Assembly: GCF_040938485.1 (NCBI RefSeq)
Contig: NW_027271471.1
Coordinates: 310,001-374,000, forward strand
Origin: Diadema antillarum
Lineage: Eukaryota
Direction: 5' to 3'
DNA length: 64,000 nt
Under the pieces are notes generated by a model. The model was not told the DNA's origin, made no database searches, and saw nothing but the letters and a program-made list of their open reading frames with translations. Every line of letters starts with the position of its first letter. Position 1 is the stretch's first letter. This document shows positions 49,001 to 58,000 of this stretch, piece after piece. The translations under genes were made by a program, and so were the position numbers.

Positions 49001-52000
49001 GAAACCCAGTGTGACTGATGGGACACAAAAACGTGACTTATGGGACGCTATCAACTACCACATTTTGAGATTGAGAGAATAATATTTACTGATGCCGGAA
49101 CAAGTTCTAGAACATCATAAAACCAATCTATGACCAAAGAACATTCAGAAAATAAGCCATCTGAGAATTACACAAGCTGTATTATGGTCATAATAGTGTA
49201 TTAGAAATGATACATAAATTCTGCAAAAATTGGCAATTTTCATGAAAAATGAAGGTTTTTTCGGACATAACTCCACTCCACGTTCACCGATGTTCACAAA
49301 TGAGGTATCAAAATATCTGTTGTGAAAGGCTGCTTTGAGTAAACAATACCAGATCATCTAATTAAGCTTCATTAATCATCTATACTCAATAGTTTGATTA
49401 TCATAAAATGCAACCTTTCCGTGGAATTGACCCATTGCATTGTTGATTTGCTACACTTGTACAGTCCCTGGCATAGAAGGGTTAATAAGTGGCATACTAT
49501 TTAACGTTTGCTTCTCTTCCAGCTTGGCGGTGCCGGCGTGCTTGGAGTGGGCATCTGGACGATGATTTCCAAGTTTGACTACGCCGAGGTGCTCTGCACC
49601 TACGGCTACACCATCGCCACCTACACCCTCATCGGCTCGGGGGCGGTGGTCATCATCATCGCGGCGACTGGTTGCTATGGAGCTGTGCAGGAGGTCAAGA
49701 ACTGCCTCCTGCTGGTAAGTGACATCATTCTTTAAACATCTCTCACCTCATCTTTGCAGGCCTCCAGTTCCATTTGATTTGGGTCATGGTTATTTGGCCT
49801 AGACCCTCAAATTTTTGAAAGAGGCGGTCATACTGTAGTCAGTTAGGAGGGCATCGAGGCCAAAGTCGAATTTTTCTTGGGGGGGGGGGGGAGTTGGAGG
49901 GAGTGTCAGAAAAAAAATCATCTTGATATTGAATGAATTAACAAACATCTATGAATTTCACCATTTTTACAAAGTGTATATATGATATTCAAGGGGGAGA
50001 AACTACAGCTGTACATGTAGTTCATATTTGATTTGTATTGGATGGAAGTTTGTTGAATCTGCACAAATCAGAAAAAAAAAATAGCCTTAAAAACTTTGCC
50101 AATTTGAGACGAAAACATTAATCAGTATAATGTTTGCCAATTCACTGAGCAGTTACAGTGTATGTTTAGTGATTAAGAGATTTTGATGATTTTTGCAACC
50201 CCAGAATGAACAATGGTACAAATATGGACCCTACCAGTAGGGTCCATGGTACAAAGGACCAGAACTGAGGCATTTTATCTCGTAATGTACGGTAGAGAAT
50301 TCAGCCATTGGCTGCGCATTAGCCATTGGCTGAATTTGCGTAATATGAGAGGCCGTTCCGCGCGCAATCGCCATCTTCGTTCCAGCGCAATGTTCGATCG
50401 CGAAGCGATTTTTATCTGACCGAAAAATCGGAAAATATCATCGAAATCTGCGGAAATACGGAACTGAATTCGTGCTCTCTTACAAGCGTGATTATCGTTC
50501 TCAGCATGGATGAACCAGCTGACAAATCGGAGAAGGCAAAAGCCAAAAAAGATACCGAGCTGTGTGAGCCTAAGGCCAGCCCAGCTCCGGCAGCAAAGAA
50601 GAAGGCTGCAGGCAAAACTCTGTCTAGCGGCGGGAGGCCTAAGGCATCCCGCCCCGCGGCTTCGGGGAAGGCACAGCCGAACCCGCCCGCACCAGCTGCT
50701 ACCGCTCCCAACCCGACTGTGACTACAGCGGAAAATAGCACGGAGGTTATGTCCCGCATTGGGAAACTCGAGTCAATGTTCGAAAAAATGATCGAGACTT
50801 TGAGTACTCCTCATCATGGAGAACAACATGCCAACACGCCGCGGGATTGTTTTAGTGAATATGGCGACTGCGACACACAAAGGGGAAGCAGCTCACCACC
50901 CGTCATAGAATTGGCGGATAATCGCAGCGTGGCTGATTTCCTATCGGCAAACCGCGATGACGCGGTCAGCTTGTTTTCGGACGTAGGCCTACAGGAGGCA
51001 GATAAAGACAAACGGCCAGAATTCAAGATACCACGAATGGCTCAGAAATTCGTGGCTCCGTCCGGGATAGGGGAACCACTAGATGAGGATGTCGCGGACA
51101 CCATTGTGTATATGATGGGACAAAAACTTGACCAGAAATCTCTCGACGAAGCAGCAACTCGCTACCCCTGCCCATCTAACTGCACATGTCTAGAAACCCC
51201 TAAAGTGAACAGCACTATCTGGGAGAACATCTCGACGGGGACGAGACACAGGGATCTGAAACTACAAATGATCCAATCATCCCTCTTGAAAGGGATAAAC
51301 GCGTTTGCTCGTACCCTTCCAGCAACTTTGTCTGAAGCTCAGCAGGATGCTATGGCTTTTCTCTGCGATGCAAACTTCTCCCTCAACTGCATGAGAAAGG
51401 ACAGCATAAAGCCTGACATGAACTCAAATTTCCACCACCTGTGCAAGCCCTCTCACAAAGTGACAAAGTACTTGTTTGGAGATGACCTGGGGCGCCAAGT
51501 GAAAGAGATCCAAGAACAAAGGAAAACAATGTCAGGCATGATGAAATCACGCTTCACACGAGAGCAATCACGGTTCCAGCCGTACAAGAAACCGGATGTG
51601 ACATCTCGCCGTCAATACACGTCGACTGGGTTCACCCGCCCGTTGGGGAGGGGTTATGACCGCCGAACATCACATTCCAACCCCATGGCCGGTTCATCTG
51701 CACAGCCTTTTTTAGGGAAGGCTTGGAGGGGGAGACCTCGAGATCCTCCTCACACTTACACACCGACAGCAGCAAGGGAGGGTGGCAACAAGCAGCCAAC
51801 CTACCACAGGCAGAGCCAAAGCCAGGGGAGGAAATAGAACAGGTAGGTGACTATGAACACAACATAGACAACGATCTAGTTACAACACCAGCTGTCGTCG
51901 GAGGTCGTCTGAAGCCATTTTTCCCTGCTTGGGAAAATATCACGAGAGACTCACACATTATTCAAGCAGTTCAAGGCTATACAATAGAATTTGACCCAGA

Positions 52001-55000
52001 AAAATTTCCCCCTTCTCGAGAAAAACCTCTGCGTTCTTACAAGCGGAATGCTGAAGAAACAGCCAAGATTGACCATGAGATTCTTGTTCTGGAAGAAAAA
52101 CAGGTCATTGAAAAATGTGCCCATGAAGAAGGGGAATTTATTTCAGAGGTTTTCACGAGACCAAAAAAGAACGGAGGAGTTCGATTAATTCTTGACCTGT
52201 CCGAACTCAACAAAAGTGTTCAGTACCAACACTTTAAAATGGATAATATTCAATCTGGTATTCTACTCCTCTCAAAAGGGTGTTATATGGCTTCAGTAGA
52301 CCTCCGTGATGCATACTACACAATTCCCATTCACTTAGACTCTCGTAAATATCTCCGCTTCGTATGGAGAAACCAATTGTGGCAGTTCAAAGCTTTGCCA
52401 AATGGCTTATCTTCCGCCCCAAGACTGTTCACCAAAATACTGAAACCAGTGCTTGCCTTACTAAGACAACAGGGGCACACAGTTTTGTCGTACTTGGACG
52501 ACACACTGATAATTGGGAACAATAAAGCAGACACTCGCTCAGCAGTGCAAGCCACCACTGACCTTTTGACTAGTCTAGGGTTCATTATTCACTCAGAGAA
52601 ATCGGTACTTGAACCATCCCGTGAGATTGAATTTCTGGGTTTCCATTTAAATACATCTGAAATGAGAATCACCCTCCCAGCCAGTAAAAGCAATGACATT
52701 CAAGATGCATGTCGATCCTTGCTTGCTAATAACAAACCTAGTATCCGGGAGGTAGCTAAAGTCATTGGGAAGATTGTGGCTGCCTTACCAGCATCTCAGT
52801 ACGGCCCCTTGCATTACAGGCAGCTGGAAAGGGAAAAAATCAGAGCCCTGAGAAAACAGAAAGGACATTTCGATAGACATATGAGCCTATCAAATAGAGC
52901 CAAGGCGGAACTAGTTTGGTGGTCATCCCATGCACATCTCGTGTCTAAACCCCTGTACCCAGGGAAAGTATCAAAAGAAATAAGAACAGATGCTAGTGGA
53001 CAAGGTTGGGGTGCCACAGACCTGCAATCCAAGACAGGGGGTAGATGGAATGCTCAAGAATTAGCAAGAGCAGCAGGTAATGAAATAAACTATCTGGAAA
53101 TGCTAGCAGCCGGTTTGGGACTCAAAAGCTTCTGTTCAAATGTCAGAGATGCACATATACTGTTGAGATTAGACAACACCACAGCGGTGACATACTTGAA
53201 TAACATGGGCGGCGTCAAGTCTGAAGCATGTAACGAAATGGCGTTGCAAATTTGGGATTGGTGCAGTAGACGACAAATTTGGATAACAGCATCTCACTTG
53301 GCAGGCTCTAAGAACACAGAAGCTGATACGATGTCAAGGAAATTCAATGACAATATAGAATGGATGCTAGACAAGACAATATTCAATGAGATAGTGCAGA
53401 GGTATGGGTTACCAAATGTAGACCTTTTTGCCACCAGACTGAATGCCCAGCTCCCAACATACGTCTCCTGGAGACCAGATCCAGAGGCATGGGCAGTAGA
53501 CGCATTCACTATTGACTGGGGACCCCTAGTATTTTATGCGTTTCCCCCATTTAGCTTGGTTGCAAAGTGTCTCCAAAAAATCAGACAAGATGGCGCTAGG
53601 GGAATTTTGATAGTGCCAAATTGGCCAACACAGCCCTGGTATACCGTACTACGTAACATGCTATTGGAGGAGCCCTGGGTATTGCGAAAACACCAGTTGT
53701 TAACCCAACCCATTACAGGTAGACCCCATCCACTTACACATCTCTCCCTCTTATGTTGCAGGGTTGGAGCAAACATTTCATAGCTCAAGGACTGACGGAG
53801 GAGACTGCTGATATAATGGCAGCGTCTTGGAGGAAATCCACCAAGGAGCAGTATATGGTGTATATTAGGAAGTGGCAAAGGTTTTGTCATGAGCGTCACT
53901 TATGTTGGACCCATACGAAGGTGGGAAATTTGTTTGCGTTTTTTAATTCTATGTACAAAAATGGAGCAAGCTACAGCACCTTGAATACATCAAGGAGCGC
54001 ACTAGCATCAGTTGTTCTTCTACGGGACGAGAAATACACCATTTCTACACATCCTTGGATTTGCCGGTACTTCAGGGGCATTTTTAATCTCCGACCACCC
54101 ACTCCGAGATACAGCTTCATATGGGATGTGGGCAAGGTGCTGAGCTACCTCAGACAAGTAACTCCAGCTCATAAGATTTCGCTGTGTCAACTGACACACA
54201 AAGTATGTTTTTTACTAGCGTTGACTTCTGCCCAAAGAGTGCAAACACTTTCATACCTAACCCTTGACAATGTGAAGGCGTCCAAAGATTGTGTGGAAAT
54301 AGCAGTGGCTGATTTGATAAAGCAGAGTCAACCTGGGAATGTGGGAGTGAAAGTAACACTAAAAGCCTTTCCCGAGGATAAGAAACTCTGTGTTGTACAC
54401 TATGTTAAAGAATACATTAACAGAACAAGCACATTGAGGAAGGAGGTGAATGCACTATTTGTCACCTACAAGCAACCCCATGGGAAGGCATCAAAGCAAA
54501 CCATCGCTCGATGGATAAAAACTGTGTTGAGAGCATCAGGTATCGACACCGATCTCTTCAAAGCACATTCAACGAGATCGGCGGCAACCTCATCTGCCAA
54601 GAGGAATCATTTTCCAATAGCAGACATTCTCAAGCATGCTGGGTGGAAAAATGAATCCACGTTCAGGAATTTTTACCTGAAACCGGCATCCCAGGCAACA
54701 TCTTTTGGACAAGCAGTTCTGGGACAACAGACCTCTAGGAAGGGACAAGATTCAGTCCTGTAAACATAGGTAAAGTTGCCCAAAAACTTTCTCTGACAAT
54801 ATATTCTGTGAAAAATGACTACTGTGAAAATCTTTGAAGTCTCATATTACGCAAATTCAGCCAATGGCTAATGCGCAGCCAATGGCTGAATTCTCTACCG
54901 TACATTACGAGATAAAATAGAAAATTAAATGAAAAACATTGAAATTTAATTTGTATTTTATGAGTAATGGGAGGATAGAGAATTCAGCACCCTCCGCTCC

Positions 55001-58000
55001 CTCCCTTACTCTGAACAGCCTTAAATGTGGCTTATACAAGATCTATTTTATCTCGAAATATTTTTTCACAGTAGTCATCAGCTTTTAAAGATGGCGATTG
55101 CGCGCGGAACGGCCTCTCATATTACGCAAATTCAGCCAATGGCTAATGCGCAGCCAATGGCTAATGCGCAGCCAATGGCTGAATTCTCTATCCTCCCATT
55201 ACTCATAAAATACAAATTAAATTTCAATGTTTTTCATTTAATTTTCTATTATATTCATCTACAGTTGTAGCCATTCCTGTGTCCAAGGGTTTGATCTATA
55301 CATCATGGCCTCTAGTATCAGGACACTGGTTCTGAAACTGAAATTACATTTGTAGCAAATTTTGTCTTTTTATCAAATAACAGAATAATCTTTAATATGA
55401 TATGGTTTTAAAAGTATACATGCCACGTATATTTTTTTTTTTCCAGACAATCATTTTAACTCCACCTCATCCCTGAAATTATTTCATAGTGATGTACAGT
55501 ATGCTCCCTTTTAATAATAGAATGCTCGAATATTAACACGTTGAGGACGAGTCCCAAGTATACTCGGGCAGGTGTCTATAATGGGAAATATGTGTTGTAG
55601 CAAAATCAGTCCATCCGCATTGGGTTATAGTACAATAAAACAATCCCTCCTGTCTGTCTGTGTATTGAACTAGAAATGTATCTTACACCATGAAATTGTG
55701 ACTATGTGTTCCTGTAACACGCACGTGGCCACCATGATATCATTGTCGTACAGAAAGATACAGCATTATTTTTTTTTTCCACAGTGAAGTTCATTTTGTG
55801 GAGAGACCAATGTGGCCAACCTGTGGCAAGCTAAACTGAAAAATTAGAGCTGTTCGGTGTGAAATGGAGTTCTTGATTCCTCATACAGTGTGTGATGTTC
55901 AGACTGTGACACAACATTTGCTCCTGTAACAATTGCTCTGATCTTTTTCTCTCAAAGAACTTTAGGGTTAGGGTTAGGGTTGTGATAGGGTTACAGGTTT
56001 AGTAATAGACATGAGGATAAGGATTGGGTCAGGGTTATGCTCGTGGATATGTTTTATGTTTGGCTAATAGCGTGCAGATTTTCATACGAGCAATTGTCGC
56101 AGGATCAAATGTCATGAGACTGTTTAACACTTTAAGTACCTTTTTCTCCTCTCACACCCCAACAGTATTTTTTCCTGCTTCTCTTCCTCTTCCTGGTCGA
56201 GCTCGGACTTGGAGTCTTTGTCTACTACTACAGAGGGATGGTAGGTTCCATTCATGTGTAGCACTTGCTGCTCCGATAGCTACGTTCACGTGCAGGATTA
56301 ATATAGTTTTTAACATCGTGATGCAAAAATTGAATTTATTTCCCTTTGTTCACACATGGTTAAAAAAAAAAAATTAAAAATCACTTTCTGGCAAATGAAG
56401 CACATTGAATCCAGAATGTGCGTGCCAATTGCAAATGGCCAGAGTGTGACGTGGGACACCTGATTATGCAAACCTAGTGTGAAAAGTTGAAGTTTGGGGT
56501 TTGAAAAATTAATGATTTCTTCATGTGCCTTCATACACTCTGCACAGGACAAATTATCGTGAAAATTGTGACAAAAAAATCAAGCTGGACTGACTTTTGC
56601 AAGGTATTGCATAACACGAGTGTTGGAGTATGCAGAACTTTTGTTGAAAGGGAGGAATATCCTATACCATAATCCATAAAGGGATTGTTAGGTGAAAGGT
56701 GAAAGGTCATGACCAAAGTTCATTGGATTGAAATTGGTTTATGTCATTTTCAATCTCCAAGATATTAAACTAGGCAGCAAGAAATGCAGGTGAGTGTGCG
56801 AAGCAATTATTAGATTCAGCCAGAAATTCACTGGTTAGGGAAGAAGTTGAATCAGTAAGTGAAATGGTGTTCAGGATAGAAATGAATTAGAGATTGTATC
56901 ATGAAAGAAGGAAAGACATTATTCAGATTGTATCATGTATGAGAAGTGTTTTCTTCCTAAAATAGGGACTGAAAGTCAAATGAATGTACCTGATCTTTAA
57001 CCCATGGCAACCATTGTGTCGTCCAGATTGAAACTGAGCTGGAGAACTGTATGACCACCACCCTCGTCGAGGATTACGGTATGGATGGGAAGGAGGCCTA
57101 CAGTGAGACGGTCGACAAGGTCCATGCCACTGTGAGTTCTCTGACCTCTGTCTGCGCTTTATTTTCCAATGACAAAATTCTATCAGGTCTCTGTCAGTCA
57201 ATTCAATTCAAATCAATTCAATGTAATTTTATTTAATTTAATTTGATTCAATCTAATCTAATTCAATTCAATTTAATCTAATTTAATTCAATTCAATTCA
57301 ATTCAGTTAAATTTTAATTGTGCAATAAAAAAGAAAATTACAGAGAATTCTATGCGGGAATTCTACATATGTATTAAAATGGTGGTGCTTGAAAAGTCGA
57401 AAACATGAAAAGCACATGATAAATAAATAAATGGACTTTAAATACAAAGTCAAACTGGAAGAATCAATCATGTAGAATATAGAACTCAATGGACATTATG
57501 TGAAACTCCAGAAATCTGTACCTGTTGCCTACGTAACCGATGCGAATCCCAGTCCCCCCCCCCCCCCCCCCCCCCATGCATATACTGTAGACAAGAACTT
57601 TAATATGCGTGCACTGAAATTTCATGAATCTTGGCTCTCGCAAAATTCGCAAAGTGAAATGCACACAAACATTTCTAGTTTTGTAGGAGTCCCCAAATCC
57701 CTATAATGGGTGTACCCATGGGACTATAAAGGCACATTGCTATTCTTGATTGGACTGACGTGTCTGCAGCTAGTACACATATGTAGGTCCAGGTCAGATG
57801 GATGACTGAACGCCAATAAAAAAAAAAGCTTGGCGAGTTCGGCTGAGTGTGTAGGGACAAAAAGAGTTAAATGAGTATCCCAAACAATTATTGAACATTA
57901 ATTTTGACAAATCTTGTCAGCATTCAAAATTAATTGTAATGCACAACCACATTGACAGAATGAGAAGCAAGTGTTATTCCTTAAAAAAAAAGAAAAGCAA

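Larger units (their letters stand above)
50272..55250 (+). mobile_element. Intact DIRS1-type tyrosine-recombinase retrotransposon in tetraspanin intron 2
   Basis: Three overlapping open ORFs, inverted terminal repeats, and an internal complementary region matching both termini. ATT trinucleotide at both junctions (50272-50274, 55248-55250); no TSD. Confidence 0.95.

Noticed and set aside
53330-53783. Adenine methyltransferase next to RT and a recombinase as a novel defence or restriction system
   Set aside because: This methylase-like domain is a standard part of DIRS1 ORF2; the combination itself is known.
55960-56000. Telomere or telomere-addition site
   Set aside because: Only about three TTAGGG units inside intronic, repeat-like sequence.
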